A DNA stretch of 64,000 bases from Moniliella sp. 'wahieum' (Eukaryota): positions 1,178,001 to 1,242,000 of the forward strand of contig RSEE01000002.1 of assembly GCA_003971905.1 (NCBI GenBank), written 5' to 3'. The translations under genes were made by a program, and so were the position numbers. Shown piece by piece: positions 37,760 to 50,665 of the stretch. Positions within the stretch are counted from its first letter, which is position 1. Every line of letters starts with the position of its first letter. A model generated the notes under the pieces. That model saw only the letters and a list, made by a program, of their open reading frames with translations. It did not search any database and was not told the origin of the DNA.

Positions 37760-38650
37760 TGCGCACGGAAGGATCTGACTATTGAATCTCAATGGAAATG
37801 GTTCCTCGTTCGGAAATGTCTACCACGTTCATCCGTGTTCACACGCGCTACCTCGGCTACGGGACCGAATGGCGAGCACCAGAGGGTCCTGATATCTGGC
37901 GGTTCCCCTGGTTTCTTAACAGTGGTGGCGCTACCAAGTAACACACGCAAGATGAACCGGTTGGTTTAGGCGTAGCGTTTCCCTGTCCTAGCCTTAAGCT
38001 CTGTCAATGATATGGATGCACCTTCAAGAATGCGTTCTCTGTGTGCGTTTTCTTGATTACTTTTCCTGGGTGATAATTTAGATAGAGATAGGCTACCACG
38101 TAGGAATACCCGATGCAACTATGCGCCCTTCCACTCTTCTTCCGGTTCTCTGAAAAAGCCTTACCTTGGACCTCGGAACCTCCTCAACAGCAGTGCTGTA
38201 TAGACTAAAAGATGGTGTTGGCACTAGAAGACTTGTGCTGGTTGAGCTGTTTGCAATAAGGTCCAGCAGACTCCTCGGGAAGCTACTCCTTCGCACCATA
38301 CACATACACCCAGTCCTAGGCCAAGATCACAATACAACATGGGATCGGATCTGAATTCTGGGACGTTTACTCACCCCGACGGCCCCAAACATGGAGCAGC
38401 CGAAACCCAGTCCTGGCCCTCGGCTTCGCTACAAGCTGCATGTCGATGTGGTGACAACGTTCCCTGACTCTGACGCTCTGGCGCCACTGCCGTGCCCCCA
38501 GCCTGTCCCTCACGATCACACCAGGCACTGCTTCGCGGATCCTGCGATGAGAAAGGACAAAAACGGTGCGGCTCTCTTCCAGAACCATATATCCTATCGC
38601 ACTATTAGAGGAGTGGCGCGTCCAGCACCAGGGATCCAAGGCGTCTCGGC
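37760..38650 (+). mobile_element. Probable highly degraded Ty3/gypsy pol fragment (RT end and integrase)
   Basis: KC..F....RYLGY (37813-37860, with a frameshift); YRLKDGV...LLLRTIHIHPVLGQDHNTTWDRI (integrase Zn-binding-like); QPKPSPGPRLRYKLHVDVVTTFPDS (resembles QPLPxPxRPWxxISMDFITxLP); AALFQNHI. Confidence 0.45.
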
Positions 38651-38862
38651 TGGCCCACTCGGACCAGGGCACTGCGTTGGCCATTGGCCTCTCAGCAGGG
38701 AGGGGTATCGAATCGAGGGATGGGATGGAATTAGGGGATTGGACAAGACCATTAGTAGCGCGCGACAGGGCCGTGAAACGGCCCCAAGCGTTGAAGGCCA
38801 ACGCGAGAGGGTGGTGGGGGTCACCATGACCGGACAAGGAAGCCACCTACGGGAAGGATGAA

Positions 38863-39792
38863 TTACTTGTGCTCGCCACGACCTTGCGCACAATGTGCTC
38901 CACCAACGTTCCAGCGCTGTGCCGGGCTCGTCCCCACCGGCTGCTGGGGCAGAGGCCAAGGCGCCCTGCACCGACCTGACCACATACTTGCCCGCCATAT
39001 CAAACTCGACATTGACCGCCTCGCCTGGGTGGAGGTTAGGGAGATCAATGATGGACTGGGTGTGAGCAATGAGCATGACGGTCAACTCGATCGTTTCCTT
39101 CTCCTCTGAAGGTGGGGGGAAGTCGCAAGTTGGCTTGGTATGCGTCGGGGGAGAGGTGGCGCTGCTGTGCGGTGAGCGCGCCACCCGAGGCAGGACTAAC
39201 ATCAATCAAGGTCAAGCTCGCTCCGTTGAGCGTGATGAACCCCTTGGGGATGAGGTACGGGGCGCACTGGGCGGAGTGGGAAGGCCGACGGCCGAGCGCA
39301 GACGCAACGTGAGCGTCAATGCGTTTCCCGTCGGCGCGAGAGACAAGGGGTGGCAACGGTATCGACGTGTCCTTGGACCTGGTGTCCTCCAAACCGCGTG
39401 TGCCCACTCATCGCTCGTTCGCAGTTGACTTTTTGGCCCGGCCGGACCGAGCCCAAGTTGTCCGCTGCAGCGTCTCGGGCGCGAGTCCGACTTTGAACCA
39501 TCCGCCCTTGTCCGTCTTGGAAAAGTCCGTGACAGTCAAGCATGCGCCTGCGAGGGAGGAGGAGAAGGTCAGTACGCCCAATCGAAAGCGGTGCCCCAGC
39601 AAGGCAGGCCAGGGGGGGGGGGGGGGGGGCAACTTACCTTGCACCGCAATGCTGTCTCCAATGTGGCAGTCGTCCAGCAATTGAGGCGGCATCACCAATG
39701 GTAAGGGAGAACCCGTTGCCTCCAGCTTCCGAGGGGTCATGGTTCTCCACTTGCAGAACGGGTGCGGAGATCTCGATCAGACCGGTGAACAT
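38863..39792 (-). CDS. RIB5: Riboflavin synthase (alpha chain type), intron 39548-39637
   Basis: Diagnostic N-terminus MFTGLIE; DCHIGDSIAVQG|ACLTVT; GLAPETLQRT; VNCERAM..HTRFGGHQVQGHVD; PKGFITLNGASLT; VMLIAHT; VNVEFDMAGKYV. Confidence 0.96.
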
Positions 39793-40028
39793 GGCGCCAA
39801 GGGTGGGGGTGGAGGAGGGAGTGGTGGCGGGGTGACCCGGTGACGGTGCTTAAAAGGCGCGTCGAAATACGCCCGAACCAACGGAAATAAGAAGGACCGG
39901 TTCCGAGTCTAAAGTACCACGACGCATGATCAGGAACATTGAACGTTTGAATACTTGCGTGACGTGTGACGCTTGACGGACTGTGATTGATGCTGGTCTG
40001 CCGAATCGGTACAACCTGGTATGGTACC

Positions 40029-40059
40029 CGTGATGCGGCACGTGCCGCATCACGTGATG
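40029..40059. promoter_or_regulatory. 26-bp perfect palindrome with E-box cores at the centre of the RIB5/WHI5-like bidirectional promoter
   Basis: cgtgatgcggcacgtgccgcatcacg (40029-40054) equals its own reverse complement and overlaps catcacgtgatg (40048-40059). A further CACGTG lies at ~40098. Confidence 0.6.
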
Positions 40060-40287
40060 AGCTTGATGGTACGCGAACTGCAAGCGCTGGTTTTGGCCAC
40101 GTGACGCAGCGGAGTGGGACGCCAAACGCAAGCAAGCGCCGCGCCGTAGAGACCAACACCACAGCACAACTATCGCACAACTGGCCACCCGTCGCCTACC
40201 CCACCACCAGCACTCTCGTTCCCGCCTCGTCTACTCCCTTACACCGCCCAGTGCCTTTGCACTTCCTATTCCTGTCTTGTTGCATCC

Positions 40288-41233
40288 ATGAGCATACCTC
40301 CCACCAGCACCTACGCTCCCGTGCCCGATCCGACGCGCCATCACCACCAAGACAGCGTTTGGATGGCGTGGAGCTCGAGCGCATGGCGCAGATATGTGCA
40401 AAGCGCCTGCGGTACGCTCACTTCAAAGTCCAAAATGGCTGGGTGCGTCTCTTTGGGTTAATTGATTCCGGAATACCCCACTGACCTCGCTGTACCCAAT
40501 GCTTGCGCTGGTCCAGGCAAACAAACCCTCTCAGAGGTGGAGAATCTGTATTACAAGAAACAGCGCACCTACCGTGCTGCCACCACCCGCAGTGGTGATC
40601 TGTTCGGACCATCGCCCCAAGTACCCCTAATGCGGCCAAACACGAACACAAGGCGCTTGGCCCTTGGCCCCAAACCAGGACAAGGACAAGGACACGGACA
40701 CGGACAAGGACAAGGACAAGCAAACGTGTTGAGCACTACCACCGCATCCGTCAGCAACAGTGTATGGGAGGCGGCCTGTACCGACAGAGCGAACAAGTTC
40801 CGGCGCGGAGTGCTCTCGCGCGCGCCAGCCGGGGTACGACAATATGTCGTTGTTGGCGCAGGCATCGCTGATGCGCCGCCCGCCTCGACGCCGGCGCGCA
40901 AAGCCGCCCCGCGCACGCCTACCCGTCGCTCTGCCCCTTGAGCATCATTTCCCCATCTCCGGTTCGAGCGCGACGACCACGAAGCGTCCGGGGCCCCTCC
41001 CTGTTGTTTCTCCACCCCCGCACCGCGCCCCACGCCCTACCACGGTGATGGTGCGGGAGGGAAGGAAGCAGCTGTACCACCAACTATGCGGCCTTTTGGG
41101 CCCACGTTGGCTCCATGGGTGGTTTGGGCAGCTCGACCCCAACCGATCCAAGGAAGCGTTCCTCCCGGCCCTCCATCCCACTCCCGACGAGGCAGAAGTA
41201 CCAACGAAACGGGTGCGCGTGGCAGGCGTGTAG
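40288..41233 (+). CDS. Whi5/Nrm1-family G1/S transcriptional repressor-like protein, intron 40443-40516
   Basis: MAQICAKRLRYAHFKVQNGW|..KQTLSEVENLY matches the Whi5 motif LxxRLxxAxxKxxxGW...LxxvE. Also SP/TP-rich, with a GQGH repeat. The 3' end is approximate. Confidence 0.78.
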
Positions 41234-42997
41234 CTTGCGATCCGGGGTGTTCGCGTTCGTGGAATGTGTGGCCGAGCGCGTTTTCCTCTCGGAATCGCAC
41301 CGCTCTTCATTTTTGCGTCGTGGGGGGGGATAAAAACCCTTTTTGGCGTGGCGTGTGGGGCGGATAAAACGGGTGCAGTCGCTCGATCGACTGTTGCCCC
41401 CCCCCTCACCTCTTTCTTCCACACACCTCATATTTGGGGCAGAGCATAAGACGTGGACGCGGCCACCTTCCATCCCGGCCCCCGTTACCGTCAACACACC
41501 AATGGCCGTTCGAAACCTACACTACTTTGTTTCCCCTCTGCATGCCCCTCTTTCACCCCCCCCCCCCCTCCGTTCTCCAATGATATGAAACCCACGTATG
41601 CGCGTCCCCCCCACCCATGTTGTAATCAATGTTGGTGCGACGGAGAAGTAGTCGGACGGTCCAAGGTGCAGGGGTGGCCGGTTGATGGGGAGTGTCTGTT
41701 GGATGTGTTGACGCGAAGGTCTGTAGCGGAGGGTGACCGTGGGGTACGCACGCAGGGGTGCGGGACGGGGCGGACGGTCAAGGATTTTCTCCCCAGCTGA
41801 CGCACTGATGAGAGCGGGAGAAAGGAGCGCCAGACAGCCACTATTCTCGCCACGATTGTCCCGGACGGGGGGTCGGAGTAGAGCGCAAGCACCTATCTCT
41901 GCATCAATGCATGTCCCCGTCGAGATGGACTGGGAGATGCTGGCCGCGTCTTGTGTGTTGCGTTGCGTTGCATGAATGACATGAGCATGAGGCCAACAAA
42001 GCATGGCTGGGCGGCCTGTGGGGGCTGCGGGTAGGGTTAGTCGGCGTGGGTGCGGGCGGGCGGTGGGCAGAGGCGCGGGCCGGGGGGAAGGTGAGTAGTG
42101 TGAATGGAAGGACACATGAAACAGCGTACGCTCTGGAGCGGCCAGAAACCGAGGGTGGGGGCTGGATGGTGGCCCTGTGCCCACTTGCGTTGCTGCGGCC
42201 CTGGCCTGCGCTGGCCGGGCTGGCTAGGCACCGCGACTCATGTACATGGCACGCACCAGGTACCATTGATTGGGTCACCGCATCCCGGCCGGCACCGGAC
42301 ATGAAGAATGAACGTTGGTTTTCGGCGCGTCCGGCCCAGGGCGTAGTAGGGCGTACCCGCAAAGCAGCGGGGGGCACTGGAGGGCTCGGGTGTGCGCGCT
42401 GGTTCGCCGTTTCTGTGGGGGCAGTGGCTGGGGCAGGACAAGCGCCACGCTGTGCTGCACGATGATCGATGAGTTCGGTCAACCGATGATCAATGAACAC
42501 ACGCCGAGAATGCATTCAATCTATCGACTATCGATGACCACATGCCGAATGCACGCCCGCCAGAGCGCTCTCCATGAAACTCGCCGAGAATGTGGCGCTT
42601 GGGGCCGTGGTCCGGTTGTCCGGTCTTGTCCGGTCCTGCTCCGTCCTGCCGTGCTGCTCCGGCCGGCTGCCCCCTGCCGACCCTGTCCCTGCAGCACCAC
42701 GTGGGTACCCGCAAAGATGCATCACATGATGCATGATGTTCGATGATCGATCGGTACGCTGACTAGGAGGAGTCGCTCGTGGGCGGCAGCCACAATACAC
42801 AGCCCCAGTGCCTGCCTCCCGCACCGCCCTGGTGCCTGGCTGGTGGCTGCAGGCGCATGCGAGCGTTCGTGTTAAAAAGTAGTGCGCAGCGTCGATGCCC
42901 GCCTTGCGCCCCGCCCACCTCCTTCTTCGTCCCCTCCACCACCTCCATCTTTCTTCTCGCTGTTTTTTTTTATCCTTCCCATCCCACGTCCCTCGCC

Positions 42998-44026
42998 ATG
43001 CCCGAGCTGTTAACGCTGCTGTTACCACCCCTGTCGATTACCAGGCCTTTGTTGCCAGCATGATGACCGAGCCCAAGCGCGACGACACGTTGACGCTTGC
43101 GCCCGATCTCTTTGCTCTGGATCCGCACCTGCCCAATGGCAACTACGCTTCGCTCAGCGATGCTTCCATCAGCTCTAGCCCTGTCCTATCCCCTCTCTCC
43201 TGGTGAATACGAAAGCAGCAACGCGTCGCTAGACGCGTCGCCCCCGCGGACCTGGCTCAATTTTTTATGGACATCTCGCCCTTTCGCAAGCCGACACGGT
43301 CTCGCCGACTGTGTCGACGGCCCCCACCCGGGTCTCTCCAATGAAGTGCAAGCCCGCCTGTTTGAGTTCGTGGGCCACACGTCAGCCACCTCAACTTCCG
43401 TGCCCCTGGCGCTATCCGAGTCGCAGGTTGCAGACACGCCCGCCACGGCCGACTCGAAAGACTCGGAGACCTGACGTACGAGTCGGTCTGTGCCAGCCTC
43501 AAGGAGATGGCTGCCAGCGATACCTCGGCCAAGGTGATGATGCAGTTCCTGAATCTGTCGCGTGCTGCGCTGCAACGCGGATCCCAGCGGAGATTGTGTT
43601 GCAAGGTCTGCTGGAACGGGAGACGCGCACGGCGGCGTCGCCGTTGTCAACAAGTTCGTCTGCCTCGGGCTTTGCGGCGCCCCGGCGTCCTCGTCAGTCG
43701 CTGCGCGAAGCGGCGAGCCCGTATGCCATCCCAGCTGGCCCGCGAATGTACCAGTGCGACCAGTGCCCGTTGGTGTTGACCGTGCGTACAATCTCAAGGA
43801 GCACCTCAAGACCCACGATCCCAACTGCAACAAGCGCTTCCCTTGCCCGCTGACCAAGTGCCGTCACGCGTCCCACCGCCGTGCCGACATGCACCGGCAC
43901 ATTAAAAATGTGCACATGAAGAAGGACGGTCTGTCCGAGACGGAGAAGACGATCGTCTGGCTGCCTACCCTGCGATGCGGGTCGAAATTTACCCTGAAGA
44001 GAGGAGGCTCGCCCCTCCGTCTCTGA
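42998..44026 (+). CDS. C2H2 zinc-finger transcription factor (2 fingers)
   Basis: RMYQCDQCPL..DRAYNLKEHLKTHDP and RFPCPLTKCRHASHRRADMHRHIKNVH across a frameshift, with an acidic/Ser-rich N-terminus. Both ends are approximate. Confidence 0.82.
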
Positions 44027-44934
44027 TGGAGTTGCGGCCTGTTTTACGTTTAACCAATCACCACTCTGATCCTAGTGGCTCCGGCCGCTGGCTTCCGGAC
44101 CGACGACTCGATCGTCGATCCACCGTCCCCCTTGCCAGCGACGTCCGCTGCCGCCCCACTTACTCGAGAACCTCGAGCCCAGGCACCTCTTGTCTCTTGT
44201 GCTTGCCACGGAGCAAGAGGTTGGTTCCCCTAGCAACGTGGGTCATTAGTCTCCGCATTGTCGTTGAGCTGCCCCGTTGCGTGTTTGGGCAATTGCCTTT
44301 GCCTGTGTTTTCGTTCGCTCCCCTGGCTCCCCTGCACCTTACGGTGAGGGAGGGGCTGTCTTGGCTTTGGCTTTTCTCGTTCCTTTTGCGTGTTCTGTTT
44401 TGAATGTGTGGTCCACGTGTGTGCCATCTTTTTTCTTCTCTCGCTTTCCAAAGTAGCAATGGACTCAGTACTTCTCTTTGAACGGATGGCGGTGAGAGGT
44501 GCGATTTAGATGCGTTTAGTTGTAGGTAGACAGACGCACTGCTTGCCATCTCATCTGCTCTGCTGCCAGTCCGCCAGCATGCGTCGGAATCGCGCATGCA
44601 TGCCGTCCCAGTCCAGTCAGGGAGTGCAGCGACAAAGCCAGCGCCCAGGCGTGAACGTTGAAATGTCAATGTAGTCGTTGCCGCAGCACAGCTTCGATCC
44701 CAGCGGAACTGGCATTCCTCCGCCTGCCCGGCGTCGGAGCAGACCGGGGGCCAGTGAGCTGTGACCAGTGACGATTAGCTAAGCAGTGGACAGGGCGAGT
44801 GTAGAGCAGAGGCGCAGCAGGCGGCTGCTTTGAAATCAGCCTGCCTTCCCCCCGCCGCCCGCCGCCCTCCGCCCGCCAGCTTGACAGAGCACCCCAGCCT
44901 CGGCTTTTCCACCACCAGTCCCCGTTTGGCCAGC

Positions 44935-45524
44935 ATGTACACCGCGCTTCGTCGTCTGAGCACCCTCGGTGACCTCGTCAAGGCCAACCCGTGGGTCCAC
45001 CGCAAGCTCCAGCCCTTGGCCCGCTGGTACGTCGACAAGATGGGCTACCGCAAGCTCGGCCTCAAGTTCGACGACTTGTTGATCGAGGAGAGCGAGGTAA
45101 TGCAAAAGGTGCGCTGACTGTCGACCCCCTCCCCCCCACACCTACCCCATCTACGTGTCCCGCGTCGCTTCGTTCTGCGTGCCCCGTAGGGTCGGCGAGC
45201 GATGCACGACCGTCCCAAGCACGCGTTGGGACAGCGCAGCGCGACGGGGCATGGAAGTGGGTGGGGGATCTGCCATGGAGAGAAGCTAACTTGTTGGTTG
45301 CGTGTTGTTGTGCAGTCCATTGCTCGTCTTTCGCCTCGTGAGCAGCAAGACCGGATCTGGCGGATCCGTCGTGCGGTGCACCAGGACATGCTCCACCGCC
45401 CGCTGCCCAAGAGCGAGTGGACCAGCAGGAGGAGGATGCGCGGTACCTCACCCCGTTCGTCAAGCAGGTCGCGGCCGAGCTCGAGGAGCGTGCGGCCTAC
45501 GACAATGCCACCATCAAGAAGTAG
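44935..45524 (+). CDS. QCR7: Cytochrome b-c1 complex subunit 7, intron 45109-45315
   Basis: LARWYVDKMGYRKLGLKFDDLLIEESEVMQK|SIARLSPREQQDRIWRIRRA...LPKSEWT...YLTPFVKQVAAELEERAAYD. Confidence 0.94.
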
Positions 45525-46182
45525 GTGTAGTCATCGGTTCCACGTGGGACTTGCTCCCCGCGCGTTGCGCGCGAGTGGGCTCGACTGGGCCCCATGCAAT
45601 CCAATCCATCCTGATGCACACTCCCCTTGGCCATGGCGCGAGGCTTGTAGGTGAAGAGGGATGTCGATGACCACTGGTTGGGTCAGGAATCGGTCGCCGG
45701 CGGTTGACCTTTCGTAGCTGCGCCAATTTGCACGCCTGCGTGTGTGACTGACTGTATGGGACGAGAGGATGACTTTGCATGGCGTGTCAGCAGCAGCGGG
45801 GACAAGGGCGAGGGACAAGGACAGATCAAGGGGCGGGAACGGCGTAGCCGGGGGGTTAGCCGTTGTTGCACACAGCGATTCTGACACTGTTTCCAGTGGC
45901 TGGCAACGTCGACCCTGGTAGCGTGTGAGGCTGTCCATATATCCCAGTGGCCAGTGATCGATAGTGATCGTCTCCTCCACCCTGTGTTTCTCATGCCTTT
46001 TGCCCTTTACCCATTCCTATCGCCTGCGCGCGAATGAGCCCTATCAAGCTGGCTGCTTCATGTGCATTGCGACCACTCCCTAACCCAGAGCACAGAAGGT
46101 GGCTACTTCATTGGGAATTTTCAGTCGACGAGAGCTAAATAACGAAGGTACCATATTCTATGTTAATTCTATAACGTCACAA

Positions 46183-46263
46183 GGACGGCTGGCGCAATGG
46201 TAGCGCGTCTGACTACGATTGGTTGTAATCAGGAGGTTGCAGGTTCGACCCCTGCGTCGTTCG
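46183..46263 (+). tRNA. tRNA-Arg (anticodon ACG) with a 9-nt intron at 46219-46227
   Basis: Acceptor stem GGACGGC/GTCGTTC, D arm GCGC-AATGGTA-GCGC, anticodon stem TCTGA/TCAGG with CT-ACG-A, T arm GCAGG-TTCGACC-CCTGC, and downstream T runs. Confidence 0.92.
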
Positions 46264-46640
46264 ACCCGACAAGGGCGTCCTTTCTTTGTCACTGCCACCG
46301 GGCACGAGCGACTTCAGTGTTTTTTTTTTGCACTTCGGGCTCCATTGATTGGTGTTATGTGCAGGAGGGCAATTGGACAGATGGAATCTAGCGGAGCCGC
46401 AAGAGGCAGGCCTGCGAGAGACACCAAGGGCCAGATTCAACTCGAACGTTGATGTGCGTTGGGACTGGTCAACAAGAGAGCCTGCTTGGTTTCGCCAAAG
46501 GTGCGCGGCACATGACCCCATGGCGGAATTGCGAGGGGCGGAACCCATGCGAGGCAGGCGAGGGCAGGGGCGCGCTTCCGGACGCCCAAGCCAGGGGGTA
46601 ACTCGAGTGGCCTAGCCGGCGGCTGTGCCAAGCGACGACC

Positions 46641-49640
46641 ATGTCCTTCTTTGGCTTCGACACGACCCTCCCGCGCGACCGGGCGGGTGGCCTGGCCGGA
46701 GGAGGTGCAGGTACTGGTTCTGATCTCAGCACGCCCCACGGCGCTCGTCCGATCGCCAGCGACGACGATGACCTCGACGCCAAGATCCGTGCTCACATGG
46801 GCAACAAGGAGGACATGGCCGTCTACACGGGGCGAGGAGGACTACGACGGCCTGGGCGACCAGCGGATGAAGAGGGCGATGCTTTCAATGACGATACCTT
46901 TGGCGGTGGCGTGGTGGGGTACGTAGGCTGTCCGCGTCCCGAATGCTACTGCTGTCCCCGCGCTAACCGTTTCTGCTAGGCAACGACTTTGACTTGGCAC
47001 GCGCCTAGCCTGCCACGCCGGCACCTCTGCCCGCGTGGGGCACCAAACAGGCCCACAAGCCGTCCAAGTTTTCCTCAGATCTGTCCGATTTTGACAGACA
47101 AGCGCGCAGTGCGTCTCGCAGCGATGCCGCGGCGCCGGGCAAGCCAGCCAAGTCGGTCCAGGAAATCGAGAGCGAACTGCAAGCTGCGTCTCTGTCTGAC
47201 CAGCCTCGCGCGCCCGCTCCGGCCAAGCATGCACTAACCATGGAGGAGGTGGAGGCGCAGATGCGACAGCAACGCGCTCCGATGCCTTCCTCGGTCCCCA
47301 GCCCGTTCCCCGTGCCTGGCGGCGCGGTCGCGGTGCCTCCGCCGGCTATGTACGCTGCTGCGGTGCCCCCCGCTGGGCCTATACCGCCTGCGGGGATGCC
47401 TGTCCCCCGCTTCCCGGCACGCCAGGAACCCCCTCCGGGGCTCCCGCCACGCCCAATGCGCTCCCTGCCCAGGCGGGCGGCGGCGTACCGCTTTTGGCGC
47501 ACATCATGCAGCAGGAGGCCCAGTTGCGGGAAGAGCGAGCCCGTGCCGCCCCAGTTCCCGCTTCTGCACCCGCTCTCGCTGCCGGCCCTGGAACTCCGGT
47601 GAGCCAGGCTCCGGCCGCGGTGCCGCCCTCTCAGGGGGAGACGCAAGCGATGCATTTTGCTCGGATGCGCGCGCTGCTCGGGTCGATGCCGGGGATCATC
47701 CAAGCTGCTATTCTGCGTCTCCCGCCTCCGATCCAATTTGAGGAGTTGGAATTTATTGCAGGGGCGTTTCCGCCGCTGGGGGCGCTGCGCACGCGGATGT
47801 GTCCAAGCCAGAGATTGCCTCGGCGGCTCAGCAGTTGGAGGCGGTGGCGATGAACGCGCTGTACCAGCACTCGCAGCCCAAGATCCAAGCGTGGCTTGCG
47901 AGCCAGGCGCGTGCCAAGCGGACCGAAGCCAAGCGGGCCGCGATGAGCAAGGACAATGGCTTGATGAGCAAGTCGGACAAGCAGTTTATCACGCGGATCC
48001 AGGTGAGTCAGTTGGTCACCTCGGACCCTTACACCGATGACTTTTACGCCCATATTACTTTACCCTGCGCGGCCGGAGCGGCGCCAATGCTCCCCTTTTG
48101 CCTTCGACCGAAAGCGTCACGACCGGCGTCGGGGAGCAAGTGACGCTGGACCGGCGCGGGGCGCAAACAACAGTCTCGTGTCTCTCGTCGCGAAACGGCC
48201 ATCCTGCGCATGCAACAGCAAGTCGAGCGCATCGTCCGCAATCGGATCGAGCGGTCGCAAAAGTCAGCATCGGGAGCTGCCTTGGAAGGGGCGCTGGGCA
48301 AGCTGAGCGCTAGCTCGACCAAAGGCATGCGCCAAACCCTTTCGCTGCCCGACTCGGGCCCAGCCACTACAGGTCCCACCGCGGCCGACTTGGCGGCCCA
48401 CGCGGCGGTGCGGACTGCCTTGGCCAACGATGTGGTCTTGGTGATGCAAGTGGGGTCACGAAGCGGGATCCCCTTACCGCCGCGAGGCGTTGGCGATCAT
48501 TGAAAACTTGTACGATACGGTCCTGGCCATTGAACAGTTGCGCCGGGATGGTGCGGTGGCTGGCACCCAGTCCTCTCCGCCTCCGCCCGAAGGGAGGAGC
48601 TGGTAGCACAGGCCCAGCAGGAGCGACGCGACCAGGAACGTGTGGCACTGACGTCTCAGCTGTGGAAGGAGCTGCGCGTGCTGAGCCGCTCGATATTTCC
48701 AATCCTCACCGTTTGTTTCGATTCTCGACAGCCTCAAGGGCCAACGGCTCGTTCCGCGGGCGATGCGGTTGTTGGGGGAGGACCAGCAGCTGACGACGAT
48801 GACTATGATTGTTGCCTCGTTTGATCAGCTCAATGTGGTTCGGCAAGCGCATGTGCTGGAAGAGGAAGGTGCTTTGCCGGGCTACGTGAATCGATTTGGG
48901 AGCAAACGGAGGCGTTCGCCAACACCATCATTCCATTTATGCTCCACCTCGTGACGGTGCACCGCTCAAGTACGTGGCGGGCATGCTCGCCATCTTCCTC
49001 GAGCGCAACGATGTCGTTCGCGTCGCCCGTTCCCGCCCGGGTGTACTGTTTTTCACCATCTTCCTGTCGCGCGCCGAGGCTCTGCGTCAACTGGGCGCCA
49101 ATGCGCCTCCGGCACGCCGGGAGCGCCGTCTGTGCAGGATGTGGCCACGTGGGCGCACTACTTTGGCCAGCTCTTCCAGCGTCTGTCGCAGCCGGGTGTG
49201 CTGCCGAGCCTGTTCCCGTCGACCCGGGCGCGTGCCCTGCTGCCCTTTGGCCCGGGCTACTACATTTCGGGTGCGTTTGGGGCGGCGCCGTTGCCGAGCA
49301 GTGGGGTGGACGGGGGGGCGGAGGGGCCGGTACCGCAACATTGACCACGAAGACGAGCCGTGTGGCGGTTCATGGCAGCGGTGGCGGTGGCGTGCACGAT
49401 GGAGCAGCAGCAAGTGCTGGTGGCGGGGCTGCGGGAGAAGATCCTGGAGAACGTGGCGAGCGCCAAGGAGTGGGCGTCGCAGCGGCGGCGTGCGCTGCAG
49501 ACGCTGCGGCCGGCGGCGGACGTGGAGGCTGAGCTGGCGGCGGTGGCGGCGGCGGGGCAGGACGGACCCGAGGCGCGCATCCGCAACGTCAACTGCTGCT
49601 CCATGCGCTCAACCTCGATGCGACCCAGATCACCATCTAG
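46641..49640 (+). CDS. PAT1: mRNA decapping activator / topoisomerase II-associated protein Pat1, intron 46919-46979
   Basis: MSFFGFDTTLPRD, FNDDTFG, LTMEEVEA, NGLMSKSDKQFITRIQVSQLVTSDPYTDDFY, LEGALGK, TIFLSRAE, VWRFMAAVA..MEQQQVLVAGLREKILENV and C-terminus LHALNLDATQITI*. Confidence 0.94.
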
Positions 49641-49893
49641 CGTTGCACCGACGTCATAACCACAGGCGAATGCGATGCTTGCGTAACGCCTAGGCTCGCG
49701 CCCAGTAGTGCTCCTCCGGCAGCGTCTCTCGGCGGAAGCGGACTGTGCCGCCCCCGCCCACGTGATCGCCTGGCACATTCGTCCCACCCAACCCAACAAA
49801 CACCTCGCCCGCCGCCGCAGCCCCTGAGCACCCAGCTCGAGTTGGGCCAGGCCAGGTCTTGCGGCCTGAGCCCCCCCCCCCCACCACCCACCC

Positions 49894-50353
49894 ATGTCCT
49901 GGCAATCGTACGTCGACACCAACCTGCTCGGCACCGGCAAGGTCAGCCAGGCGGCCATCCTCGGCCTCAAGGGCGGCGTGTGGGCCACCTCGGCCGGCTT
50001 CAGCCTCAGCCCCACCGAACAGAAACAGCTGGTGGGCATGTTTGACAGCCCCGAGGCTGTCCAGGCGTCCGGCATCCACGCCGCCGGCAAGAAGTACTTT
50101 TGCCTCCGGGCCGACGACCGCTCGGTCTACGGCAAGTTGCAGGGCGATGGCCTGGTGTGCGTCAAGACGTCGCAGGCCGCGCTCATTGCGGCCTACCAGA
50201 GCCCCACCGTGCCTGGCGAAGCGGCCAAGGTGGTCGAGGGCTTGGGTACGTCCCCCCCTTTCTTTTCGGCCTGTGGCCTGTGGATGGAGGAGCACGAGAC
50301 TAACTCTGCTGTGCGCTTGTGTAGCCGACTACCTGATCGGGGTTGGGTTCTAA
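49894..50353 (+). CDS. PFY1: Profilin, intron 50246-50324
   Basis: MSWQSYVDTNLLGTGKVSQAAILG..GGVWATS; GIHAAGKKYF; spliced end VVEGL|ADYLIGVGF*. Confidence 0.97.
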
Positions 50354-50665
50354 GCTGGCTGGTTGGGTTTGGTGCGCACGGTGGCGCTGTTTGTTGTGCC
50401 AAGGCGGGCAGGGCTGCGTGGCGTGGGTGTGGATCTTCTTGTGCCCTGGCATCCGAATCGCATGCTCGACTCGCGCGTACCTCCGCACATGCCTCTGGGA
50501 GAAGATCATAGCCAGACAGCCAGTGAACATTTCAACGCGGGACTAGGGTTGGCACGGCCACTGCATGCTGCAGGCACCCGATTTGTAATGGGCAGGCGGG
50601 CAGTGCTCCCGGCGGTGCGGTGCGGCCGGTTGGTCAGCGGGGCGGCTGGGCGTGGACTGGACGAA

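Noticed and set aside
39612..39629. Long G homopolymer in the RIB5 intron (similar runs at 18113-18130) as G-quadruplex elements
   Set aside because: C/G homopolymers are common in UTRs and introns throughout the window, and their lengths are unreliable in this assembly.
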